DNA of 64,000 nucleotides from Pseudomonadota bacterium (GTDB lineage: Bacteria > Pseudomonadota > Alphaproteobacteria > Rhodobacterales > Rhodobacteraceae): assembly GCA_038532285.1 (NCBI GenBank), contig JBCBAV010000002.1:2679-66678 (forward strand), read 5' to 3'. Positions within the stretch are counted from its first letter, which is position 1. Every line of letters begins with the position of its first letter. The position numbers and the translations under genes were made by a program. This document shows, piece after piece, positions 26,955 through 35,622 of this stretch. Below the pieces are notes generated by a model. The model ran no database searches and was not told the origin of the DNA. It saw nothing but the letters and a program-made list of their open reading frames with translations.

Positions 26955-27860
26955 TCAGCCTTCCTCCTGGATCTGGCGGGCGAGGCGTGCGGCGCGGGCC
27001 TCTTGCAGGCGGGTGATGGCGAACATGGCCACGGTCAGGCCCAAAAGCAGCAGGAGCAGATAGTTCGACATGGCCGCCGCCACGCCCAGTTCGCGGAACT
27101 CGGTGGCGGTGCGGCTGATGCGCAGGGCGACGATCTCGGTGGAGAGACCCGGGCCGCCTTCGGTCATCACGAGGATCACCTCGAGCACCTTGAACGCGTC
27201 GATCAGGCGCAGCAGCGCGGTGACGATCAGCACGGGCATCATCAGCGGGATCTTGATGTGCCAGATCTGTTGCCAGGCGGTGGCCCCGTCGATGCGCGCG
27301 GCCTCGAGCGCGGATTGCGGCAGCGATTGCAGGGCGGCCAGCGCGAGGATGAAGATGAAGGGTGTCCATTGCCAGATGTCGGCGATGATGACGGACATCA
27401 GCGCGTGCTGGCCCAGCCAGTCCACGGTGGGCAGACCCAGACCATCGAGCATGCGGTTAAACGTGCCCACGGTGGGGTGATACATGTAGCGCCACATCAG
27501 GCCGACCACGACCGGCGCGATCATCATCGGCAGGATGAACAGCGTGCGGAGCACCGACATGCCGCGAATGTTGCGATCCAGCAGCAGCGCGAGGCCAACG
27601 CCAATCACCATCTCGGCGATCACCACGGTGGCGGCAAAGATCAGCGTGACGCTGAGGCTTTCGCGGAAGGCGGGATCGAACCAGAGGGTGACGTAATTCT
27701 TGAGCCCGACAAATTCGGTTTCCCCGATGGCCTGGCTGGGGTCCCAGTCGCGGAACGACCCGTAGATCATGTAGCCCAGCGGGTAGAGCAACGCGATGGC
27801 CATGATGATCGCAGCCGGGGCCATGAACATGTAGGGCGTGAAACGGTTGGTCAGATTCAT
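26955..27860 (-). CDS. Carbohydrate-type ABC transporter permease (MalF-like)
   Basis: 301 aa. EAA loop LEAARIDGATAWQQIWHIKIPL. Confidence 0.85.
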   Translation of the reverse strand: MNLTNRFTPYMFMAPAAIIMAIALLYPLGYMIYGSFRDWDPSQAIGETEFVGLKNYVTLWFDPAFRESLSVTLIFAATVVIAEMVIGVGLALLLDRNIRGMSVLRTLFILPMMIAPVVVGLMWRYMYHPTVGTFNRMLDGLGLPTVDWLGQHALMSVIIADIWQWTPFIFILALAALQSLPQSALEAARIDGATAWQQIWHIKIPLMMPVLIVTALLRLIDAFKVLEVILVMTEGGPGLSTEIVALRISRTATEFRELGVAAAMSNYLLLLLLGLTVAMFAITRLQEARAARLARQIQEEG

Positions 27861-27925
27861 GGGTCAGGTCCCAAGAGGTCCGCGGGGGACCGGGGCGCCT
27901 GAGCAGCGCCCCGGGGGAGGAGGTC

Positions 27926-28017
27926 CCGGATCAGGTCCGGGACAGGCGCCGGATCAGGTCCGGGACAGGCACCGGGTCAGGTCCGGGACAGGCACCGGGT
28001 CAAGCCCGAGGCCGGTG
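27926..28017 (+). repeat. 4 x 23-bp tandem hairpin repeat (unit ccggRtcaggtccgggacaggcR) between the SBP and permease genes
   Basis: Units at 27926, 27949, 27972 and 27995 (the last is degenerate). Preceded by the hairpin ggggcgc-ctgagca-gcgcccc at 27892-27912. Related to the 24-bp coding array at 16609-16704. Confidence 0.9.
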
Positions 28018-28022
28018 TGGCG

Positions 28023-29354
28023 TTACTGCCAGGTGTAGTATCCGGCTTCTTCCATCACGGCGCGGGTGCGTTCTGCGACGCCGTCAAGTGCCGTCTGGAT
28101 GTCCAGATCCTCGGTCAGGACCTTGGACATGGTCGTGCCGATGTCGGCGTTGATCTTGCCCCACACGGGGATGATCGGACGCCAGTCGGGGTCGGCGAAT
28201 TTCAGCGCCTCACCAAAGGTCGATGCGAAGGGATACTTTTCGTTCAACCCGGCATCCTGATAGGTCGAGAAGCGCGACGGGTTGCCGCCTTCCATGGCCA
28301 CCATCAGGTCACCCTTTTTCGAGGTCAGCCACTGCATCAGCAGGAACGCGGCCTCTTTGTTTTCGGCGTTCTTGGGGATGCCGATGCCAAAGCCGCCGGT
28401 CTGGCTGCCGCGGCGCACACCCTCGGGGTGCATGGCGTAGCCGACCTTGCCGACAACCTTGCTGCGGTCGGGGTTTTCGAACCCGGGCATGAAGGCGATG
28501 GAGTCCATGAACATGGCTGCGTCACCGTTGGCGAACGCGTTGGCGGCTTCGGCGGGGCCAAAGCTCATGGCGCCCTGTGGGCCGCAATCGACGATGGATT
28601 TCAGCGCTTGGGCGGCCTCGACGCCGGCGGCGTTGTTGATGATCGGGTTCCATGCGTCGTCAAAGACGCGACCGCCCAGCGGGGCGAGGTGCAACAGGAA
28701 CGCGTGGCTGGCCTGGTGACCGGAAGCCGCGCGGGATGCCATGCCGCCCATGCCCGGTTCGACCTCGGGGATCTTGCAGGCTGCATCGAGCAGTTGGTCA
28801 TAGTTTTCAGGCGTGGCAATGCCGTGCTTTTCAAAAATGTCCTTGCGATAGGCCAGGACGGATGTCTCGGACCCGAAGGGGATACCGAAAAGCGAGCCTG
28901 TGGGACCCGGCAGATACCCTTTGAACCCGCCTGCGACGCCGATGTTTTCGACGTAGCCGTCGATCAGGTCGCCTGCGTCATAGCTTGGGTCCGCCAGCTT
29001 GGGGTTCATGAAATACTTGGCGAGGTTTTCCAGCTGGTCGGCAAACACGTAGTCGGCCTTGGAAAACACCACATAGGCGATGAGGTCATATTCGCCCTCG
29101 TCCTGCGCCAGCTCAAGGGTCTGACGCTCGCGCATCTTGAGGTAGGGCAGCTGGTCCACCTCGACCTCGATGCCCGTCTCCTTGGTGAACTCTGGCAGCA
29201 CTTTCATGGCGGCGTTGTAATGCGGGTGCGCGGGGAAATTGACGATCAGCGTCGTGCCCGCGTATTCGGCATACGGCCCGCCATGCCCGTCGGCCAGCGC
29301 CGTTGTCGCGGCCATTGCCGTGACCAGCGCCGTGGTCTGAAGTGTCTTTAGCAT
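28023..29354 (-). CDS. ABC transporter substrate-binding protein, family 1 (sugar/polyol type)
   Basis: 443 aa with signal peptide MLKTLQTTALVTAMAATTALA. First gene of the transporter operon. Confidence 0.85.
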   Translation of the reverse strand: MLKTLQTTALVTAMAATTALADGHGGPYAEYAGTTLIVNFPAHPHYNAAMKVLPEFTKETGIEVEVDQLPYLKMRERQTLELAQDEGEYDLIAYVVFSKADYVFADQLENLAKYFMNPKLADPSYDAGDLIDGYVENIGVAGGFKGYLPGPTGSLFGIPFGSETSVLAYRKDIFEKHGIATPENYDQLLDAACKIPEVEPGMGGMASRAASGHQASHAFLLHLAPLGGRVFDDAWNPIINNAAGVEAAQALKSIVDCGPQGAMSFGPAEAANAFANGDAAMFMDSIAFMPGFENPDRSKVVGKVGYAMHPEGVRRGSQTGGFGIGIPKNAENKEAAFLLMQWLTSKKGDLMVAMEGGNPSRFSTYQDAGLNEKYPFASTFGEALKFADPDWRPIIPVWGKINADIGTTMSKVLTEDLDIQTALDGVAERTRAVMEEAGYYTWQ

Positions 29355-29386
29355 CGGTTTCCTCCCATGTGCTAAACGTGTCGCGT

Positions 29387-30472
29387 CTAAAGCGCGTGCT
29401 CTTTCGTGCGGTCAAACAAGTGGATGCCCTCAGGTCTGACCGCAAACCTGAGCGTTTCACCAAGCGCGATGGGGGTTTCTGACTTCAACTCCACCGTCAC
29501 ATCGGCATTGCCGCAGGCGCACATCAGGACCGATTGCGCGCCGATATATTCCGAGATTTTGACCCGCAGATCGAAAGCACGATCGTCGGACGCCTCTGCA
29601 TCGTAGGTCAGATCGCTGGGGCGGATGCCCAGCGTCACCGTTCCGCTGGTCTGGGCCAGCTGTTTGGCCTTTGCGTCGGGGATCGCGATCTCGAACCCCT
29701 CGCCCCGGGCCATGAGCGTGTCGCCCTCTTGGCCAAGTTCCGCGTCGAGAAAGTTCATCGGTGGCGAGCCAAGGAACCCCGCCACGAACTTGTTGGCGGG
29801 TGATTTGAACAGGGTTTCGGGGTTGCCTTCCTGCTGGATCACGCCCGAGTGCATGACGACGATCCTGTCGGCCAGCGTCATCGCCTCGATCTGGTCGTGG
29901 GTGACGTAGATCATGTTTTTCTGCACACGCTGGCGCATGACGGCCAGTTCGGCGCGCATCTGGCCGCGCAGTTTCGCGTCGAGGTTCGAGAGAGGTTCGT
30001 CAAAGAGGAAGGTTTGCGAATCCTTGGCCAGCGCGCGGGCCATTGCGACCCGCTGGCGTTGGCCGCCCGACAGGGCGCCGGGCTTGCGGCCCAGAAAATC
30101 GGTAAGGCCCACGATGTCGGCCACCTCGCGCACCTTGGCGTCGATTTCGGATTTCGGGCGTTTTTGCAGGCGCAGCGCGAACGAGATGTTTTGCGCAACG
30201 TCCATGTGCGGGTAGAGCGCGTAGTCCTGAAACACCATGGCAAGGTTGCGGTCCTTCGGCTCCAGCGTGCTGACCGGCGCACCACCCATGAAAATCTCGC
30301 CATCCGACACGCTTTCGAGTCCCGCGATCATGCGCAGGGTCGTGGATTTGCCACAGCCCGACGGGCCCACCAGCACGGTGAATTCGTTTTCAGCCATATC
30401 CAGGTCGATGCCATGCAGCACTTCGACCGAACCATACCGTTTGGTCAGGTTTTGAAGACGGATTTCAGGCAT
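29387..30472 (-). CDS. ABC transporter ATP-binding protein (MalK/UgpC-like)
   Basis: Track ORF 29387..30574. I prefer the ATG at 30472 (MPEIRLQNLTKRYG). GPSGCGKST, LSGGQRQRVAMARAL, and a C-terminal TOBE-like domain. Confidence 0.9.
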   Translation of the reverse strand: MPEIRLQNLTKRYGSVEVLHGIDLDMAENEFTVLVGPSGCGKSTTLRMIAGLESVSDGEIFMGGAPVSTLEPKDRNLAMVFQDYALYPHMDVAQNISFALRLQKRPKSEIDAKVREVADIVGLTDFLGRKPGALSGGQRQRVAMARALAKDSQTFLFDEPLSNLDAKLRGQMRAELAVMRQRVQKNMIYVTHDQIEAMTLADRIVVMHSGVIQQEGNPETLFKSPANKFVAGFLGSPPMNFLDAELGQEGDTLMARGEGFEIAIPDAKAKQLAQTSGTVTLGIRPSDLTYDAEASDDRAFDLRVKISEYIGAQSVLMCACGNADVTVELKSETPIALGETLRFAVRPEGIHLFDRTKEHAL

Positions 30473-30504
30473 AGGATTCCCCACCTCGGCTGTCAGCCAT
30501 AGTT

Positions 30505-30514
30505 TTGTATACAA
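30505..30514. promoter_or_regulatory. Candidate GntR/FCD operator (TTGTATACAA palindrome) in the divergent promoter region
   Basis: Perfect 10-bp palindrome 33 nt upstream of the ATPase start, between it and the GntR gene. Same core as 31296-31309. Confidence 0.4.
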
Positions 30515-30601
30515 TTCAAAAAGTAAATATACAAATTTGCCTTTTGCTGTGAATTCAGGGTATGAAAGGGCCAAAGTGCCCAGCAGACAGCGCGAGGTCC
30601 G

Positions 30602-31258
30602 ATGCCTGACACCGCCAAACCGTTTCCCAAACGATCTACCGCGCAGCGGATCGAACAGGAACTGATCGCAGAGATCGCCGCCGGGGCTGTGGCCGCTGGC
30701 GAGCGGCTGGATGAAACCCGGCTGGCCGAACGCTTTGGTGCGTCACGCACGCCGGTCCGCGAGGCTTTGTCGCGCCTGACGGCGCAAGGGGTGCTTGTGT
30801 CTGGCGAAAAGCGCGGCGTGTTTGTGGCCGAATATTCGCGCGAGCAGTTGAGCCAAATCTTTGAGGCCATGCACGAAATCGAGGCTGCGTGCGCCAGAAT
30901 CGCCGCCCAACGCCTGAATTTGCTGACCCGCGCCGAGATCGAGGCGGCGCAGGCACAATGTGTTGCCGCCGCCGAAAGTGGCGACCGCGGTGCGTATCTG
31001 AAAGCCAATGAGGCGTTTCATACGGCCATCTATCGCGCCACCGGCAACCCCTACATGGCCGAAATCGCGACTGAGTTTCGCCAACGTACGGGACCGTTCC
31101 GCGCCAAGAAGTTTGCCACGCCCGAGGACCTGATCGCGTCGGCGCGCAGCCATCAGGATCTGATCGACGACATCTTTTCCGAAGATTCGGCGACCGCGGG
31201 TCAAAGCATGCGTGCGCACATGACCCAAAGCTTTATCGACGCGCTCAAAGCCAACTGA
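30602..31258 (+). CDS. GntR family transcriptional regulator, FadR/FCD subfamily
   Basis: 218 aa. wHTH ERLDETRLAERFGASRTPVREALSRLTAQGVLV followed by an all-helical FCD domain. Confidence 0.85.
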   Translation: MPDTAKPFPKRSTAQRIEQELIAEIAAGAVAAGERLDETRLAERFGASRTPVREALSRLTAQGVLVSGEKRGVFVAEYSREQLSQIFEAMHEIEAACARIAAQRLNLLTRAEIEAAQAQCVAAAESGDRGAYLKANEAFHTAIYRATGNPYMAEIATEFRQRTGPFRAKKFATPEDLIASARSHQDLIDDIFSEDSATAGQSMRAHMTQSFIDALKAN

Positions 31259-31295
31259 CAGCAAAATATGCTTGCACATGTGTTCGAGTTGGGTT

Positions 31296-31309
31296 TTTTG
31301 TATACAAAA
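31296..31309. promoter_or_regulatory. Candidate GntR/FCD operator (TTTTGTATACAAAA, perfect 14-bp palindrome)
   Basis: Lies 28 nt upstream of the MBL gene start. The T.GTATAC.A core fits the generic GntR-family operator pattern. Confidence 0.5.
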
Positions 31310-31336
31310 CCTCAAAATTGAACGCGGAGCACAGCC

Positions 31337-32272
31337 ATGGGCGTTGCAGAGACCAAAATCTACCCGATCAACACCGGCTGGCTCGAGGCGGATCTTGGCA
31401 CCTACATCTTCTGGAAGGGGCCCGCGGGCAAGAAATACTGGAACCCGGTATATTGCCATTATGTCGATACCGGCGAGCACAAGATCCTGATCGACACCGG
31501 CCTGTGTGACGAGGCGCGCGCCACCGAGTATCACCACAAATGCGAAAAGCGCGGCTGTCTCGAGGTGCATGATCACCTTGAACAGAAGCTTGGCGTGCAC
31601 CCGGACGAGATTGATGCCATCGTGTTTACCCACCTGCACTGGGATCACGTGCAGAACATGAAAATGTTCAAGAACGCCCGCTATATCGCGCCCAAGGGCG
31701 AGATCGAAATGGCCTACAATCCGCTGCCCTTGTACTACCGCACCTACGAATGCGGGATTCTCGGGATCGAACCGGCCTATGCCGGGTGCGTATTTGAAGC
31801 GGTGGAAGACGAATGCGAGGTGTTGCCCGGCATCACCATGTTCCACACGCCCGGCCATTCGGTGGGCCACATGGCGGTTACGGTCGCCACGGCGATGGGT
31901 GACATCGTGATCGCGGGCGACGCGATTTTTGTGGAACGCAACCTTGAACCGAACCCATCCGAGATGTGGCGCCACTGGGTGCCTGCGCGGTTCGTAAATT
32001 CCTACGAAGGCTGGAAGTCGGTCGAAGAGATCGACAAGCGCGCCGATTACGTCCTGCCCTGCCATGACGAGGCGGCCAATGCCCGTTCGGATGTGTTCCC
32101 GTACGAGGGCATGCCCTTGCGCAAGCGGCGCCAGCCAATTCCGGGATTCCAGTTCTATTTCGGCGATATGCCGGCGGGGACGGCCCACAAGGCGGCCCCG
32201 GCGATGAGCGCGGACGAGGCGAAAGCGTACCTTGCGGGGCTTGTCGATCCAAAGGACATGGCCGAGTACTGA
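31337..32272 (+). CDS. MBL-fold metallo-hydrolase
   Basis: 311 aa. THLHWDH (HxHxDH) and TPGHSVGH motifs. Confidence 0.8.
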   Translation: MGVAETKIYPINTGWLEADLGTYIFWKGPAGKKYWNPVYCHYVDTGEHKILIDTGLCDEARATEYHHKCEKRGCLEVHDHLEQKLGVHPDEIDAIVFTHLHWDHVQNMKMFKNARYIAPKGEIEMAYNPLPLYYRTYECGILGIEPAYAGCVFEAVEDECEVLPGITMFHTPGHSVGHMAVTVATAMGDIVIAGDAIFVERNLEPNPSEMWRHWVPARFVNSYEGWKSVEEIDKRADYVLPCHDEAANARSDVFPYEGMPLRKRRQPIPGFQFYFGDMPAGTAHKAAPAMSADEAKAYLAGLVDPKDMAEY

Positions 32273-32280
32273 GCGCTTCG

Positions 32281-33114
32281 GTGACACGCGACATTGCATC
32301 GCTGGCCGACATTGCGGGCGGTTATGACGCCATCGTTCTGGACCAGTGGGGCGTTCTGCATGACGGCACGACGCCCTATCCCGGAGCGGTTGCCGCGCTT
32401 GAGACTCTGCGGGCTCGCGGACATCGGTTGGCGGTTTTGTCGAATTCGGGCAAACGCGCGGCGCCGAATGCAGCCCGGATCACAGACATGGGGTTTGCCG
32501 AGGGCATGTTCGAAATCGTGATGACCAGTGGCGAAGCGTTGTGGCGCGATCTGCGTGATGGCGCGATTGTCGAGCGCCGGTTTTTCCCGATTGAGCGCGC
32601 GCCCGGCGATGCCGCAGCTTGGGCTGAAGGGTTGAACATCGTCCTGGGTGATCTTGACAGTGCAGAGGCCGTCCTGCTGATGGGCCTGCCCGACGGCAGC
32701 GCCCTGCCCGACTGGGCGGAGACGATGCACGCGGCACAGGCCCACGGCCTACCGGTCTATTGTTCCAATCCGGATCGTCATTCGCCGCGGGCCGGTGGGC
32801 TGGTTGTGTCGCCCGGCGCGCTGGCCTTTGACTATGCGGACCGTGGTGGCCGGGTGCGGTTTTACGGCAAGCCTCATGTCCCGGTCTTTGAGGCGCTGGA
32901 GCGGCATCTGAAGGCACAGCGCATCCTGATGGTCGGCGACAGTCTGGAACATGACATTGCGGGCGCGCAGGCGGCGGGCTGGGACAGCGTGCTGGTGCGC
33001 GGCGGGCTTTATGCACAAAGGTTCGCGGCAGGACCCGTGACGGACGTGCTGGACCAGTTGGTTGCCGCACACGGGTGCGCGCGGCCCACATTCACCATGG
33101 GGCAGCTACAATGA
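32281..33114 (+). CDS. HAD-superfamily hydrolase, subfamily IIA (TIGR01459-like)
   Basis: 277 aa with GTG start. IVLDQWGVLHDG motif I region, VLSNSGKR, MVGDSLEHDI. Confidence 0.7.
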   Translation: MTRDIASLADIAGGYDAIVLDQWGVLHDGTTPYPGAVAALETLRARGHRLAVLSNSGKRAAPNAARITDMGFAEGMFEIVMTSGEALWRDLRDGAIVERRFFPIERAPGDAAAWAEGLNIVLGDLDSAEAVLLMGLPDGSALPDWAETMHAAQAHGLPVYCSNPDRHSPRAGGLVVSPGALAFDYADRGGRVRFYGKPHVPVFEALERHLKAQRILMVGDSLEHDIAGAQAAGWDSVLVRGGLYAQRFAAGPVTDVLDQLVAAHGCARPTFTMGQLQ

Positions 33115-34085
33115 CCACGAAACCTGATCTTTTGACCGACGAATTCCGCGCTTTGTCTGCGCGTCTGGGCAGCGATCCGTTGCAGGTGCAGGGCGCAGGC
33201 GGGAACACGTCGATCAAGGACGGCGCGGTCATGTGGATCAAGGCCAGCGGTACGCAATTGGCGCAGGCGAACACCGAGGAGATCTTTGTCGCCGTGGACC
33301 GACGGGCGGCGCTTGCCGAGGCGCGCGAACAGGCGGGCGACGGAAGTTGCAAGACCACGGTCATCGACCCCGCCGTGACGCTGCGCCCGTCGATTGAAAC
33401 AACCTTTCATGCTGCGTTCGACCACGCGGTGGTTGCCCACACGCATTCGATTTCAACACTGGTCCATGTCATCTGTGCCGAGGGGCGCAAGGAAGCGGCG
33501 CGCAAACTTGAGGGTTTGCCCTTTGTGCTTGTGCCCTATGCCAAGCCGGGGCTGCCCCTGACGCGCGAGATCATGGCGAGGGTGACGCCTGAGACGCAGG
33601 TGGTGCTGCTGCAAAACCACGGGCTGATCTGCTGCGGTGGGTCGGTGACCGAAGTCAGTCATTTGATTGCAGATGTGGAGCACCGATTGAGGCTGGGGCC
33701 GTCGTCAAAGCCCGACAACGCGTCAACGGGTGCTGTACCGGATGGGTATGCGTGGTCCGACCACGGTTGGATCGGGCGTGATCCGCGGGCGGCCAAGGCA
33801 GCTTTGGCCGGGTCCTATTATCCGGATCACGTTGTTTTTCTCGGCCCCGGCCTGCCCGGTCCGGACACTGCAGAAGGCCGCCCGGCGGTTGTTGTCGAAG
33901 GACAAGGTGTCCTGCTGCGCGAGGATGCGACCGCCGCACAACGCGCGATGCTTAAATGCCTGTCGGATGTGCTGCAACGGGTGCCCGAAGGCTGGCACCC
34001 CGAACCCATCGGCCCCGAGGCGGAAGCGGAATTGTTGAACTGGGACGCCGAGAAATACCGCCAGGCGCTTGCGGCGCGATCATGA
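33111..34085 (+). CDS. Class II aldolase/adducin-domain protein (like the N-terminal half of bifunctional aldolase/SDR proteins)
   Basis: Track ORF 33075..34085. The ATG at 33111 sits in an ATGA overlap. GAGGNTSIK, IKASG, VAHTHS, LQNHGLICCG. Confidence 0.7.
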   Translation: MTTKPDLLTDEFRALSARLGSDPLQVQGAGGNTSIKDGAVMWIKASGTQLAQANTEEIFVAVDRRAALAEAREQAGDGSCKTTVIDPAVTLRPSIETTFHAAFDHAVVAHTHSISTLVHVICAEGRKEAARKLEGLPFVLVPYAKPGLPLTREIMARVTPETQVVLLQNHGLICCGGSVTEVSHLIADVEHRLRLGPSSKPDNASTGAVPDGYAWSDHGWIGRDPRAAKAALAGSYYPDHVVFLGPGLPGPDTAEGRPAVVVEGQGVLLREDATAAQRAMLKCLSDVLQRVPEGWHPEPIGPEAEAELLNWDAEKYRQALAARS

Positions 34086-35349
34086 CGCTTGGGCTTGGCA
34101 TCGACATCGGCACCTCTGGCGTTCGGACCGCGGTGGTGAACAGCGCACGCGCCGTGCTGTCGATGGCGCGTGCGCCGCATTTGCCGCAAGACCCCGACCA
34201 CATGGACGCATCCCTATGGTGGGAGGCGGTAAAGACCTGTCTGGGCCACCAGGTCGAGGCGCTCAGGTCCGCGGGCATTGATCCCGCGACTATCGATCGG
34301 ATCGCAGTCGACGGCACATCGGGCAGCATGGTCTTGGTGGATGGGAATATAGACCCGGTCAGCCCTGCATTGATGTACAATTCCAAGGGGTTCGAAGCTG
34401 AAGCTGCAGTGATAGATGCAGTCGCGCCCGCAGGTCACATCACCCGTGGATCGAATTCCGCGCTGGCCCGTGCCATGCGCCTGCGGGAGCGTGCCAAGGC
34501 TGCTCCGGCGCATTTGTTGCATCAGGCGGATTTCGTTGCGGCAAAACTGACGGCGCATCCGGGGTGCAGCGACCACAACAACGCGCTCAAGACCGGATTT
34601 GATCCTGAAACGGAAAGCTGGCCGGATTGGATTGACGCCGTGTTCGATGCGGAACTTTTGCCGGAGGTCTTGCCGGTCGGGACACCGTTTGCGCCGTTGT
34701 CGCGCGCAGTGGCCGACCAGTTTGGACTGTCGCGCGAGGCGGTGGTCTGTGTCGGAACAACCGACAGCATCGCGGCCTTCTTGGGGCCGCCCCGCTGGAA
34801 CCGGGTGTGGCGGTGACATCGCTGGGATCGACCCTTGCGGTCAAGATGCTGAGCGCGCAACGTATCGATGACACCGCGATCGGGCTGTATTCGCATCGGT
34901 TGGGCGATCAGTGGCTGGTGGGCGGCGCGTCAAACACCGGCGGCGCAGTATTGGCGCAGTTCTTTGACAGTGACAGGATTGCCGCACTCAGCGCCGAGAT
35001 CGATCCGAGTTTGCCGACGGGCCTCGACTATTATCCGCTGCCACGGTGCGGCGAGAGGTTTCCGATCAACGATCCGACGCTCGCACCGCGGATGGAACCG
35101 CGCCCGCCTGAGGATGCGCGATTCCTTCAGGCTTTGCTGGAAGGCATCGCTGCCATTGAGGCGCGGTGCTATGCTGAAATCGCGGCGCGTGGCGCAGGCA
35201 CGGCAGCGCGGATATTGACGGCGGGAGGCGGCGCCAAGAATACGACATGGTCGCAAATACGGGCCGCGCACCTTGGGCGCGTTCCGGAGGTGGCCAAGAA
35301 CTCCGAGGCCGCCATTGGTTCGGCATTTGTCGCTTTGATGCTGACCTAG
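34082..35349 (+). pseudogene. FGGY-family carbohydrate kinase interrupted by a -1 frameshift in a G run (or a homopolymer sequencing error)
   Basis: Two track ORFs in different frames: 33956..34816 ending ...[18 protein letters not shown], and 34807..35349 starting [25 protein letters not shown] at the N-terminus, GGGAKN near the C-terminus. Adding one G to GGGG at 34783-34786 gives ...[20 protein letters not shown]... and one 422-codon ORF. Confidence 0.7.
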
Positions 35350-35587
35350 CCCATTTGCGCCGGAGATTGGCATAAGCCGGCACGCATGACAGTGACAAAT
35401 ATGCTCCCCACCATGCCCAGCGCTGAAGCATGGCTGCATGGCGCGGACGGCTGAGTTTGACCGTTGCAAATCCAATTGTGAGGCGGCCACTTTTACCGCC
35501 CAGTCACGCCCTGCGCCCCGCGTGGCGTAAAGGTTATTCGGCGGTTTGGACGTAACCTCTTGAACCACTCCGCACCGGGCGTTCGGG

Positions 35588-35609
35588 CAGCGCGGACGTG
35601 CCCGCGCTG
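35588..35609 (-). terminator. Stem-loop downstream of bphP (cagcgcgg-acgtgc-ccgcgctg)
   Basis: Perfect 8-bp GC-rich stem 14 nt past the bphP stop. No U-tract follows, so an intrinsic terminator function is uncertain. Confidence 0.3.
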
Positions 35610-35622
35610 TGTCTTGATGTGA

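Noticed and set aside
24896-27016. 706-aa ORF on the plus strand
   Set aside because: It is antisense to the Tm-1-like gene and the MalG-like permease gene. Its composition (runs of G, D, R, H, A) is that of a GC-rich shadow ORF.
27926-28017. Tandem repeats considered as a possible CRISPR array (likewise 16609-16704)
   Set aside because: The units are contiguous with no spacers, the period is only 23-24 bp, there are only four units, and no cas genes are present. This is a REP-like tandem repeat, not a CRISPR array.
30743-32299. 518-aa minus-strand ORF spanning the GntR and MBL genes
   Set aside because: It crosses an intergenic region containing an operator palindrome and is antisense to two well-supported genes. 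It has no motifs.
35350-35622. Search for a tRNA, integrase remnant or att-like direct repeat at the G+C boundary
   Set aside because: I could not fold a cloverleaf-compatible sequence by eye and found no repeat matching elsewhere in the window. An island boundary therefore remains unproven.
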